DNA of 64,000 nt from Actinomycetota bacterium (GTDB lineage: Bacteria; Actinomycetota; Acidimicrobiia; Acidimicrobiales; JAFATL01), in assembly GCA_041166085.1 (NCBI GenBank), contig JBEEFP010000062.1, positions 2,567-66,566 of the forward strand, written 5' to 3'. Position 1 is the stretch's first letter, and the number at the start of each line of letters is the position of its first letter. The notes beneath the pieces were generated by a model. It was not told the DNA's origin and made no database searches. It worked only from the letters and a program-made list of their open reading frames with translations. Shown here piece after piece: positions 56,157-64,000 of this stretch. A program made the translations under genes and the position numbers.

Positions 56157-58082
56157 TCAGGGCGCGTCGGCCGCGGCGGACGCGCCAGTGCGCTCGAGGT
56201 TCGCGGCCAACGCCGCGAGCGTGGCCGATGCAGTCGCGATCTGATTGGCGGTCGCCGAGACCTGGCGGCTGGTGTCGGCGAGCTGCTCCATGGTCTCGAC
56301 GACCTGCGAGGTCGCCGATCGCTGCTGCTGGGTCGTCAAGCGCACCTGGGCGGTGCCGTCGGCGACGGCGGCCAGCAGACCGAGCCCGGACTGCATCTGC
56401 TTGGCGCCCTTCTCCATGGCCATCACGGTGGCGTTGGTCTCCTCTTGGATGCCTTCGACGATCTCGGCAATTCCTGCCGCCGATGACTTCGAGCGCTCGG
56501 CCAGGCGGCGCACCTCGTCGGCCACCACCGCGAAGCCGCGTCCGCCTTCACCGGCACGGGCCGCCTCGATGGCGGCGTTGAGGGCCAGCAGGTTCGTCTG
56601 GTCGGCGATCTCGTTGATCAGGGCCAGGATGGCACCGATCTCGCTGACCCGGTCGGCGAGGGCAACCGTGCGCTCGGCCGACGCGTCGATGTCGCCTTCC
56701 GCCTGCTCGAGGTTGCTGCGCGTCTCCGCCGCCTGCGCGGCCACGCCGTCGACGGTGTCGGCGATCGAGGCTGAGGCGCGCGCCAGCTCCTCGGTGGTGG
56801 CCGACGCCTCGGTGACCGCCGCCGACTGCTCCGTCGTCGTCGCGGCAAGCTCGTCAGCAGCCGAGCGCAGCTGGGTCGCCGAGGAGCTCACCGCTTCACT
56901 CGCGGCGATGACCTGGCTCACCAGTGAGTCGAGGCTCTCGGCCATGGCGTTGAAGGAGGTGGCCATCGCCCCCACCTCGTCGCGGCTCCGCACCGCAGCC
57001 CGGCTCCCCAGGTCGCCGCCGGCCAGGTGACCAGCTGCGTCACTCACTGCTCCGACGTTGCGGGAGATGCGCCGCGCGACCCAGAGGGTGAGGGCGACGG
57101 CGGCCACGAGGACGAGGAACACGGTGGTGAGCGCGAACTTCCGGCGGGCGAGGTCGCCGCTTCGCCGCGACCGCAACATCACGTCCTCCTGCTTGAACAA
57201 CTCGGTCCACAAGCCGTTGTGGGCATCGATCGCCTCGCGGACGGCGGACGCGTAACCGGCAGGGTCGACGCTGACGCTCGTCGCGTCGATCACGGTCTTG
57301 GTGGTGTCCATCGCCCGGTTCAACTGGGGCGACAGCGCCGGCTCCAGGTCGTGGTTCTTGTTGAAGTGGACCGTCTCGGCGAACGCGGTCTGCAGGTCGG
57401 TCTTCAGGCCGTCGGCCTGGTAGGTGAGCAGCGCGGCCGAAGCGGCGAGGGTGGCCGCGTCGGCGCCCCCCTTCGCGCTCCCGGCCTTCCCGTCGACCAG
57501 CGCGCCGAGATTGCCGAGCTCGTCGATGATCTCCGGCTCCTTCAGGAGCAAGGCGTCCATGGCGTAGTAGGTGTCGAGGTCGGGGTCGAGAATGAGCTTC
57601 GAGGAGTCGCCCACGTGCGAGGTGAGGAGCCGAACGTCGGCGATCAGCGCCGTGTGCATCCGTTCGGCCGACCCAGGGTCACCCGCCAGCTTCACGCCTT
57701 CCCACGCCGCCCGCAGCCGCGACGGGATCGCCGACCCGCGCTTGCGGGCGTTCAGCGCCTCGCCCGTTGTCTGCAGCACGCCGCCGAGGTCGCGGTCGAC
57801 AGCCAGCAGCGCGGCGAAGTCCTGATCGACGAGCGACTCCGTACGGCCGGCCTGCTCGGTGTTGCCCTCGCGCACCAAGGCGCGGTGGGACTCGAGGTGG
57901 ATCAGCAGCTGGCTCACCGGCTGCAGATAGCGGTCGCCCCGGAGCTCCTGCTGGGCGAAGTCGATCTTGATGTTCTCCTCGTTGACGAGGAAGTACGTCG
58001 TCACCACGAGCGGGATCATGAAGCTCAGGGCGATGGCCGCCAGCTTCATCCAGATCCGCGGCGTGATCACCCAGGTGCGCAT
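56157..58082 (-). CDS. Methyl-accepting chemotaxis protein (large ectodomain-TM-HAMP-MA), WspA-like
   Basis: ORF 56157..58259 trimmed to ATG 58082. Two TM helices flank an ectodomain of about 300 aa. HAMP, then the signalling hairpin [34 protein letters not shown]. Confidence 0.85.
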   Translation of the reverse strand: MRTWVITPRIWMKLAAIALSFMIPLVVTTYFLVNEENIKIDFAQQELRGDRYLQPVSQLLIHLESHRALVREGNTEQAGRTESLVDQDFAALLAVDRDLGGVLQTTGEALNARKRGSAIPSRLRAAWEGVKLAGDPGSAERMHTALIADVRLLTSHVGDSSKLILDPDLDTYYAMDALLLKEPEIIDELGNLGALVDGKAGSAKGGADAATLAASAALLTYQADGLKTDLQTAFAETVHFNKNHDLEPALSPQLNRAMDTTKTVIDATSVSVDPAGYASAVREAIDAHNGLWTELFKQEDVMLRSRRSGDLARRKFALTTVFLVLVAAVALTLWVARRISRNVGAVSDAAGHLAGGDLGSRAAVRSRDEVGAMATSFNAMAESLDSLVSQVIAASEAVSSSATQLRSAADELAATTTEQSAAVTEASATTEELARASASIADTVDGVAAQAAETRSNLEQAEGDIDASAERTVALADRVSEIGAILALINEIADQTNLLALNAAIEAARAGEGGRGFAVVADEVRRLAERSKSSAAGIAEIVEGIQEETNATVMAMEKGAKQMQSGLGLLAAVADGTAQVRLTTQQQRSATSQVVETMEQLADTSRQVSATANQIATASATLAALAANLERTGASAAADAP

Positions 58083-58295
58083 GGCCCCCAAAGGTACGGC
58101 CAGTCGGTGGGCCGCGGCGGGACGCTTCGGAGGCCCTCCGCCAAGCCACCGCCGCGAAGTGGGGCCTGTTGTGCCCGATGTGCCGGGTTTCCACCCCCGC
58201 TTCTCTGCACAGGTTTCCGCGTCGGGGCGACGAGGCGCCGCCACCGGGACCGGGTGCACTGGGGCGCAGCCGGATGTCCGTCCATCGCGCCGCGA

Positions 58296-59810
58296 TCAAC
58301 GGACGCGGTACCGCGTCCGAGGGGCACGTCGCTTGCGCGCGACCTCGGCGGCAACCCGGTTCGGCAGCGTGCGACAGTCCACCGGCTTGAGCAGGTAGTC
58401 GTCCGCGCCGGCGCGGAAGGCGGCCGCCTTGTCGAATGACCCGCCGCCCGCCGTCAGGAGTATCAGGGCGCAACGGTCGAGCTCGCGGTCAGATCTGACC
58501 GCGCGGCAGACGTCGATGCCATCGAGACCCGGCATGTCGAGGTCGAGCACTGCACAGTCCGGCCGCATCTCGCGTATGAGCGCGAGCGCGTCGTCCCCCC
58601 GGGCCGCCTCCCGTACCTCGAAGCCGGCCGCGGCCAGGCTGATCCGCACAAGGGTGCGAATGACGGCCGCGTCGTCGGCCACCACCACGCGATCCGCGCC
58701 GAACGAGGGGCGATCCACCGGCGCCGAACCCGTCCGCTCCCGCATGAAGTCACCGATCTGCTCCGGCCGCCCCGGAGGGCACAGGAGGAAGCCCTGGCCC
58801 TTGTCACATCCCATCAACCGGAGGGCGTCGAGCTGTTCTTGGGTCTCGATGCCTTCGGCGACGACACCGAAGCCCATGGCGCCGGCGATGCCGATCACGG
58901 CGGCCGCGATCACGCCGCCGGCGGGATCGACACCCAGCCCGCTCACGAAGGACCGGTCGATCTTGACGATGTCGATGGGATAGGCCTGCAGGTACGCGAG
59001 CGACGAGTACCCGGTGCCGAAGTCGTCGATGAGCAGCCCGACGCCGAGGGTCTTGAGCTCATCGAGGATCCGCGCCGTCTCGTCCGGGTCCCCCATCGCG
59101 ACCGTCTCGGTGATCTCGATCCCGAGGGCCTGCGGAGGCAGGCCGGTTCGATCGAGCGCGCCTCTGACCGTTGCGCACAGGTCGTCGTTGAACTGGACCG
59201 CCGACACGTTGACGCAGACGGGGACCAGCAAGCCCGGCATCTCCTGTCGCCAGGCCGCCATCTGACGCAGCGCCTGCTCCAGGACCCACGCCCCGAGCTC
59301 GACGATGAAGCCGGTCTCCTCTGCCACAGGGATGAAGTCGACCGGCGACACGGCCCCCGCCGGGTCGTCCCACCGCAGCAGCGCTTCGACGCCGGTCACC
59401 GTGCCCAGGCTGAGCGACACCTTGGGCTGGTACACCAAGCGGAACTCGCGCGCCGCCAGTGCGTTTGCCATGCGGTGGCTCTGCTTCGTCAGCTCCTCCT
59501 GGTGGCTGCTCGAGAGACGCTCGCGCTCGGCATGCACGCCGAGCTCCACCCGTGCCACTTCGAGCGCGGTCGCCCCATCGCGGAACGCGCGCAGGCGGAG
59601 GACGAAGACCAGGGCCACCACGGGGACGGTCAGGAGGACGACGCCGGCGAGCAGCTCGGCCCGCTCGACCGCCTCGCCGACGACTGGCTCGCGCCACACC
59701 AGCACGAACGCGACCGCGGCGATGGTGCTCTGCATCGCGAGCACTGCGAGCAGCACCCGACGCGGGGGCGCGACGGCGCTGTTGCGTCCCTGTCCCCCGT
59801 TGCGGTTCAT
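58296..59810 (-). CDS. Membrane-anchored EAL phosphodiesterase with C-terminal receiver domain
   Basis: Two N-terminal TM helices, EAL box EALLRWDDP, DDFGTGYSSLAYL, then REC (VVVADDAAVIRTL...VLDLDMPGLDG...DDYLLKP). Confidence 0.8.
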   Translation of the reverse strand: MNRNGGQGRNSAVAPPRRVLLAVLAMQSTIAAVAFVLVWREPVVGEAVERAELLAGVVLLTVPVVALVFVLRLRAFRDGATALEVARVELGVHAERERLSSSHQEELTKQSHRMANALAAREFRLVYQPKVSLSLGTVTGVEALLRWDDPAGAVSPVDFIPVAEETGFIVELGAWVLEQALRQMAAWRQEMPGLLVPVCVNVSAVQFNDDLCATVRGALDRTGLPPQALGIEITETVAMGDPDETARILDELKTLGVGLLIDDFGTGYSSLAYLQAYPIDIVKIDRSFVSGLGVDPAGGVIAAAVIGIAGAMGFGVVAEGIETQEQLDALRLMGCDKGQGFLLCPPGRPEQIGDFMRERTGSAPVDRPSFGADRVVVADDAAVIRTLVRISLAAAGFEVREAARGDDALALIREMRPDCAVLDLDMPGLDGIDVCRAVRSDRELDRCALILLTAGGGSFDKAAAFRAGADDYLLKPVDCRTLPNRVAAEVARKRRAPRTRYRVR

Positions 59811-60118
59811 CGTCCAGCCGCACCGTGCAGGGCTGGTCCGTCGGGCGAGCCCGGCGGGGGGCCTCGCCCGGCGAGGTGGCCTCGAAGGCCCTGGGCCCTC
59901 ATCACGTGACCACGGGCCGCCAGGTCCGCACCGTCGAGACGCCCTCGGTGCTGCACGACGACCACCGCTTCCTTTGGCCCGCGTTCTGGGCCGGCGCTCG
60001 GCTCGGCCGGCCCTCGTCGGCGTGCTCCGCCGAGGCAGGATCTGGTAGCACTATACCGCATCAGAGTTTTAGTACAAGATGCTTGACCGACGCTTTGGCC
60101 GTTGCTAAAAGAGGAGTC

Positions 60119-60454
60119 GTGCGCGAGGAGCTCGCCGACGGGACCCTGGTGGTCGAGGTGCGGCGGCTGATCGAAACCGCTGCGGTGGAACGCCTGGGCT
60201 GGATCCGCGCCAACGCTCGCACCGCCATGGCCGCCAGCAGGCAGGACGCGGTCACCATCTCCGCGCTCACCGGGATCGCGGTCGGCACGGTGCGGGGCTT
60301 CCTCGAACAGCGCGACACCTCGATCACCAATGTCATGTTGATCGCGCTCGGGCTTGGCCTGGGCGTCGCCGATCTGGAGCGGCCGCCGGTCGACTTCAGC
60401 GAGCTCCTGCGCCTGCGCCGCGCCCCGCGATCGGGCCACGCAGTCCCCGACTGA
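60119..60454 (+). CDS. Small XRE-like HTH protein, paralog A
   Basis: Tail of ORF 59459..60454 from GTG 60119, preceded by AAGAGGAG: VREELADGTLVVEVRRLIETAAVERLGWIRANART...ALTGIAVGTVRGFLEQRDTSITNVMLIALGLGL. Confidence 0.6.
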   Translation: MREELADGTLVVEVRRLIETAAVERLGWIRANARTAMAASRQDAVTISALTGIAVGTVRGFLEQRDTSITNVMLIALGLGLGVADLERPPVDFSELLRLRRAPRSGHAVPD

Positions 60455-60468
60455 TCCCCGACGAGGCC

Positions 60469-60870
60469 GTGGTCGGAGAACACACAGGCGGACTCGATCG
60501 CCACCAGGAGACGATCACTGGAACGGCTGAATCGCTGCTCACCTTCGAGAACGCCGCCCTGCCGCTGACGGTGGTGTGTCCGGCGGGGAAGATCGTGATG
60601 GCGAATCGGGCCATGCGGAACCTGCTCCGCTACGAGTTCAGCGACCTGGTGGGCCGGTCCATGTACGACGTGGTCGCCGATCCCGACGAGTTCAAGGGGG
60701 TGTGGGAGGAGCGCCTGCGCGGCGTGCCGCGGGTGACTCCCGAGCGACCAGTCCGGCTCCGCACCGGTGACGGCACGGAGATCACCGTGCGGGCGTCGAG
60801 CACCCTCGTCACCGACAGCCAGGGAACGATCCGCTACATCGTGGCCAGGGCGGTCGCCGAACCGCGCTGA
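60469..60870 (+). CDS. Stand-alone PAS domain protein
   Basis: 133 aa. LLTFENAALPLTVVCPAGKIVMANRAMRNLLRYEFSDLVGRSM. Starts 15 nt after the HTH-A stop. Confidence 0.65.
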   Translation: MVGEHTGGLDRHQETITGTAESLLTFENAALPLTVVCPAGKIVMANRAMRNLLRYEFSDLVGRSMYDVVADPDEFKGVWEERLRGVPRVTPERPVRLRTGDGTEITVRASSTLVTDSQGTIRYIVARAVAEPR

Positions 60871-60880
60871 CCGAGACAGA

Positions 60881-61249
60881 TCACCTGGCGATCGCCCGCG
60901 AGATGATGAGTCGGGCGGCGCCGTCCTCGTCCGGCACGACGACTGCTGCGGCGCTCACCTTCACACCGGACCCGTCGCGCCGGACGAGCTCCGCTGGGTG
61001 CTCCGTGGCGCCGCCGGTCTCGATCAGCCTTCGCCAACGCTCCCGTGAGGCGCCGAGGTCCGCGCTGAGGCTCCAGATCTCCTGGCCGACGAGCTCGACC
61101 GGGCCGTACCCCAGGAGCTCCCGGAGGGCTCGGTTCGCCATCCTGATCGTGCCGTCGGGCGAGGCGACCACGAGCGGGAGGGGCGCGTTCTCCAGCGTAA
61201 GGATGGCGTCAGCCTGGGCGCCGATGTCGCCCGGAAATGGTTCGTCCAC
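60881..61249 (-). CDS. Stand-alone PAS domain protein
   Basis: 122 aa. ILTLENAPLPLVVASPDGTIRMANRALRELLGYGPVELVGQEI. Convergent with the previous PAS gene (10-nt gap). Confidence 0.65.
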   Translation of the reverse strand: MDEPFPGDIGAQADAILTLENAPLPLVVASPDGTIRMANRALRELLGYGPVELVGQEIWSLSADLGASRERWRRLIETGGATEHPAELVRRDGSGVKVSAAAVVVPDEDGAARLIISRAIAR

Positions 61250-61291
61250 GTGTCACGGTCTCCTGCTGGGCGGTGCACCCATACTAGTCAC

Positions 61292-61329
61292 ATGACAGTG
61301 TCATTTGACAGCACCGCATTGACAGCACC
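61292..61329. promoter_or_regulatory. Cluster of TGACAG operator-like repeats in divergent intergenic region
   Basis: Palindrome ATGACAGTGTCAT (61292-61304), then an exact direct repeat TTGACAGCACC (61305-61315) GCA TTGACAGCACC (61319-61329). Confidence 0.4.
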
Positions 61330-61379
61330 TGCCGCGTCAGGGCGGTACCATGGGCCCTCGACAGAGGAGCAGAGCGCCT

Positions 61380-62135
61380 ATGGCGGTTGAGGCGGCGTCG
61401 GTGGGAACGGCATTGCGGGCCGCTCGCGAGCTGCGCGGCTGGAGCCGCGAGGAGCTCGCGTACCGCTCCGGTGTGAGCTGGTCGGCCATCGCGCAGATCG
61501 AAGCCGGGCGGCGTCGGGACATCAGGCTGAGCAGCCTCTCCGCCCTCGCCGCCGCCCTCGAGGTCACCCTCGACCGGGTGGCCGGCGTGGCTCCGCGTCG
61601 AGCACCCGGCCTGGAGCACAACGTGCTCGTCTTCGGCAGTGACGACGAGCTCGTGCGCGGCGCGGTGCCGTTCATGACCGAAGGACTCGAGCGATCACAG
61701 CGGGTGCTGGCGGTGACCAGCAAGCCGCGCTTCGAAGTGCTCCGCGACGCTCTCGGGGAACGCGGCAACGACGTCGAGTTCCGCGACGCGCCGGTCTGGT
61801 ACCCCTCGCCCCAGGCCGCTCTCGCCGGCTACCGAGCCTTGTTCGACGAGAGCGAGGCGACGGGCGTCCCGCGAACGCGCATCGTCGGCGAGCTGGTGCT
61901 CGACGGGCTGTCGTTCGCCGAGACGCAGGTCTGGGCGCGGTACGAGTCCCTCGTGAACCTGCAGTTCGCTTCCGCCGCTGCGAGCTACATCTGCCTCTAC
62001 GACACTCGAACGTTGCCGGCCGAGGTCATCGCTGCCGCGAAGCACACGCACCCCGACGCCATCGAAGGCGACGGCGCGCGCACCAATCCGCTCTACCGGG
62101 CCCCCGAGGACTACCTGTTGGAGCCCGCCCGCTGA
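61380..62135 (+). CDS. XRE-type HTH - MEDS domain regulator
   Basis: ORF 61350..62135. ATG 61380 is favoured (GAGGAG 10 nt upstream). HTH LRAARELRGWSREELAYRSGVSWSAIAQIEAG. MEDS-like HNVLVFGSDDELVRGAVPFMTEGLERSQRVLAV. Confidence 0.7.
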   Translation: MAVEAASVGTALRAARELRGWSREELAYRSGVSWSAIAQIEAGRRRDIRLSSLSALAAALEVTLDRVAGVAPRRAPGLEHNVLVFGSDDELVRGAVPFMTEGLERSQRVLAVTSKPRFEVLRDALGERGNDVEFRDAPVWYPSPQAALAGYRALFDESEATGVPRTRIVGELVLDGLSFAETQVWARYESLVNLQFASAAASYICLYDTRTLPAEVIAAAKHTHPDAIEGDGARTNPLYRAPEDYLLEPAR

Positions 62136-62211
62136 GGCCAGTGGTCGACGGGTGCCGGTCCGCCGCCGGAGACAGCTCGAGATGGATGTGCGGCTGAGGT
62201 CCTCGCCGGAA

Positions 62212-62541
62212 TCAGTCGGGCCGCGCCGGGTGGACCGAGCGGCGCTGTTCGAGCAGCGACGCGAATTCCTCCGGGGAGCGCTCGAGGTCGCCGAGGGCGA
62301 GGCCCAGAGCTATGGCGATGAGCACCACGTTCGTGATCGACGTGTCCCGCTGCTCGAGGAAGCCCTTGACGGTGCCGACCGCGATGCCGGTGAGCGCCGA
62401 GAGCGTGACCGCGTCCTGGCGGGTGGCGGACATCACCGTGCGAGCGTTGGCCCGGATCCAACCGAGACGCTCGACCGCCGCCGTCTCGATGAGCCTGCGC
62501 ACCTCGATGACGAGGGTTCCGTCGGCCAGCTGCTCGCGCAC
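62212..62541 (-). CDS. Small XRE-like HTH protein, paralog B (inverted relative to paralog A)
   Basis: ORF 62212..62574 trimmed to GTG 62541 by analogy with paralog A: VREQLADGTLVIEVRRLIETAAVERLGWIRANART... Only 2 differences in the first 35 residues. Confidence 0.6.
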   Translation of the reverse strand: MREQLADGTLVIEVRRLIETAAVERLGWIRANARTVMSATRQDAVTLSALTGIAVGTVKGFLEQRDTSITNVVLIAIALGLALGDLERSPEEFASLLEQRRSVHPARPD

Positions 62542-62594
62542 ACCCCCCACCCTAGCAATTGGCAGATTCTTCAAGCAAATCTTGTGGCACTATT

Positions 62595-63698
62595 ATGGTT
62601 GAACAAGTTGTGGGGGAAAGGGCGCCGCAGCGCATGGAACGAAGTTCGGCGCCAGAGTCACTCGGACATCTGGGGCAGGCGATCGCCGCATCTCCCATCC
62701 CGCTGTTCGTGTGCAACCTGACGGATCAACGCATCGTGCTGGCGAACAGCGCGGCTGCCGAGCTCTTCGGCCTCGCGTCGTCAGCGATGATCGGGAGTCC
62801 GGCCAGTCAGCTGTGGGACGCACCGTCCGCCCCGCGCAGCACGAACGCCATCTCCGCGCTCCTGACCGGCGCGGTCGACAGCTACCGGGCCCACAGAACG
62901 ATCCGCACCCCTGACGGCCCCTTGTCGGTCTCGGTGTGGGCCCGCACGCTCGTGGTCGAGGAGGGCTCCGTCGCGGTCACCATCGTGCTGCCGGCCGCGG
63001 ACCCCGGCATCGCAGAGAGCCTGATCGAGACCTACTTCGGCCCCGACACCACCAACCTCGCGGTCGGGACGATCGACAGCGATGGGCGCGTCACGGAGAT
63101 CACCGCGAACAGCGAAGATGTGCTCGGACTTCCACGCGAGGAGGTCGCGGGCTCCGAGCTGGCGAGCCTGGTTCACCCCGAGGACGTGGATCGGCTCATG
63201 AGCGCCCTCCGCGACGCTGCGGAGTCCTCCCAGGAGCGCGTCGTCGACGTGCGGCTGCGGCATCCGGACCGGGGTTGGAGCGACGTCCGTTGCCTGACGC
63301 TCTCGACCCCGCCGGACCACCCCGTCCGGCTGGCGCTGACGCCGGTGCGTCCGCCCGGCGATCGCCCGACGCGTCCGCAGTCAGATGTCGCCGACCTGGA
63401 GTGCCAAGTGCTGCGCGTCGCAGCCGAGCTCCACGCTGCGACACTGCACGGCCGCGGGCCGCTGGCGGCCGAGGGCACGCACTACCCGGCTCTCGAGGCC
63501 CTGCCGCCTCGCCAGCGAGAGATCGTCGACCGGCTCCTGCAAGGCGATCGGGTGCCCACGATCGCCGCCGCCATGTATCTGAGCCAGAGCACGGTACGCA
63601 ATCATCTGTCCAAGGTGTTCAAGTGCTTCGGCGTCGGGTCGCAGCCGGAGCTCCTGTCGCTGCTCCGGACCGAGCGAAGCGACAATCCGCACAACTGA
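62595..63698 (+). CDS. PAS-PAS-LuxR family transcriptional regulator
   Basis: ORF 62559..63698 (start uncertain; ATG 62595 or later). Two PAS-like blocks. C-terminal LuxR HTH LPPRQREIVDRLLQGDRVPTIAAAMYLSQSTVRNHLSKVF. Confidence 0.7.
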   Translation: MVEQVVGERAPQRMERSSAPESLGHLGQAIAASPIPLFVCNLTDQRIVLANSAAAELFGLASSAMIGSPASQLWDAPSAPRSTNAISALLTGAVDSYRAHRTIRTPDGPLSVSVWARTLVVEEGSVAVTIVLPAADPGIAESLIETYFGPDTTNLAVGTIDSDGRVTEITANSEDVLGLPREEVAGSELASLVHPEDVDRLMSALRDAAESSQERVVDVRLRHPDRGWSDVRCLTLSTPPDHPVRLALTPVRPPGDRPTRPQSDVADLECQVLRVAAELHAATLHGRGPLAAEGTHYPALEALPPRQREIVDRLLQGDRVPTIAAAMYLSQSTVRNHLSKVFKCFGVGSQPELLSLLRTERSDNPHN

Positions 63699-63775
63699 CC
63701 CGTTCGACAGCAGGGTTTCTGAAGACAGGACAATCTGTCTATCGCCTCGACGCTCTCCGCGGTCGACGGGCAGAC

Positions 63776-64000
63776 ATGAGCTCGCCCACTCCTCTTGGCC
63801 GCGGTTCGGCCAAGGCGACCAGCCTGCGATCCCGGTGGAACCGCGGGTTTGCCGTCCTCACCACGATCATCGTCCTCAGTGTCCTCACCGCCCTGATGGG
63901 CAGCCGCCTGTTGGTCAGCCGGTTCCGGGACTCAGCAGTCCGGGTCGAGCGGAGCGCCACCAATGGCGCCACGCTGCGAGCCAACGTCATCTCGCACGCC
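63776..64000 (+). CDS. Membrane-anchored protein, N-terminal fragment (continues beyond window)
   Basis: Hand-translated MSSPTPLGRGSAKATSLRSRWNRGFAVLTTIIVLSVLTALMGSRLLVSRF... The frame is open to the window edge. One TM helix. Function unknown. Confidence 0.4.
   Translation, partial: MSSPTPLGRGSAKATSLRSRWNRGFAVLTTIIVLSVLTALMGSRLLVSRFRDSAVRVERSATNGATLRANVISHA

Noticed and set aside
60119-62541. Invertible DNA segment (phase switch) bounded by the inverted HTH genes
   Set aside because: The inverted copies are only about 80% identical at nucleotide level, with changes spread mostly over third codon positions. No recombinase gene is nearby. They behave as diverged paralogous genes, not recombination substrates.
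1-64000. Search for CRISPR arrays, rRNA genes, prophage or integrative-element hallmarks
   Set aside because: Reading both strands found no regularly spaced direct repeats, no rRNA-like segments and no integrase, transposase or phage structural genes. The only tRNA has no adjacent integrase.

Overview
High-GC (about 70%), densely coding chromosomal segment, most consistent with Actinomycetota: menaquinol-type QcrCAB, F420-family enzymes, TreXYZ and DUF5709-like proteins. I saw no rRNA, CRISPR array, transposase, integrase or phage genes. I call about 65 CDS, one tRNA-Val(GAC), four long palindromic repeats in two families, two intrinsic terminators and several candidate promoter or operator sites. 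Main blocks: (i) an 8-gene translationally coupled respiratory operon, qcrC-qcrA-ctaC(caa3-type)-ctaD-ctaE-orf-ctaG-cytochrome c, with qcrB encoded convergently and coupled to the NAD-salvage genes pncA-pncB; (ii) a formate dehydrogenase operon whose catalytic subunit is read through an in-frame TGA in the classic selenocysteine context; (iii) a treX(glgX)-treY-treZ trehalose operon extended by two small acidic proteins and closed by a textbook terminator; (iv) a complete Wsp-like chemosensory operon (MCP, CheW, CheA-REC, CheB, CheR-TPR, CheW, REC-GGDEF) preceded by a membrane EAL-REC phosphodiesterase; (v) a regulator island with two diverged inverted paralogous HTH genes, a family of stand-alone PAS proteins, an HTH-MEDS protein and a PAS-PAS-LuxR regulator, with repeated operator-like motifs. 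The best candidates for undescribed biology are the dual-output (DGC plus PDE) chemosensory c-di-GMP module, the PAS/HTH island, a translationally coupled nucleotidyltransferase-BON-metallophosphoesterase cassette, and the two structured palindrome families whose mismatches are wobble-compatible on the transcribed strand. All calls rest on hand translation and motif recognition. No database search or RNA folding was run. The many long Arg/Gly/Pro-rich ORFs in the track are antisense or off-frame artefacts of high GC.
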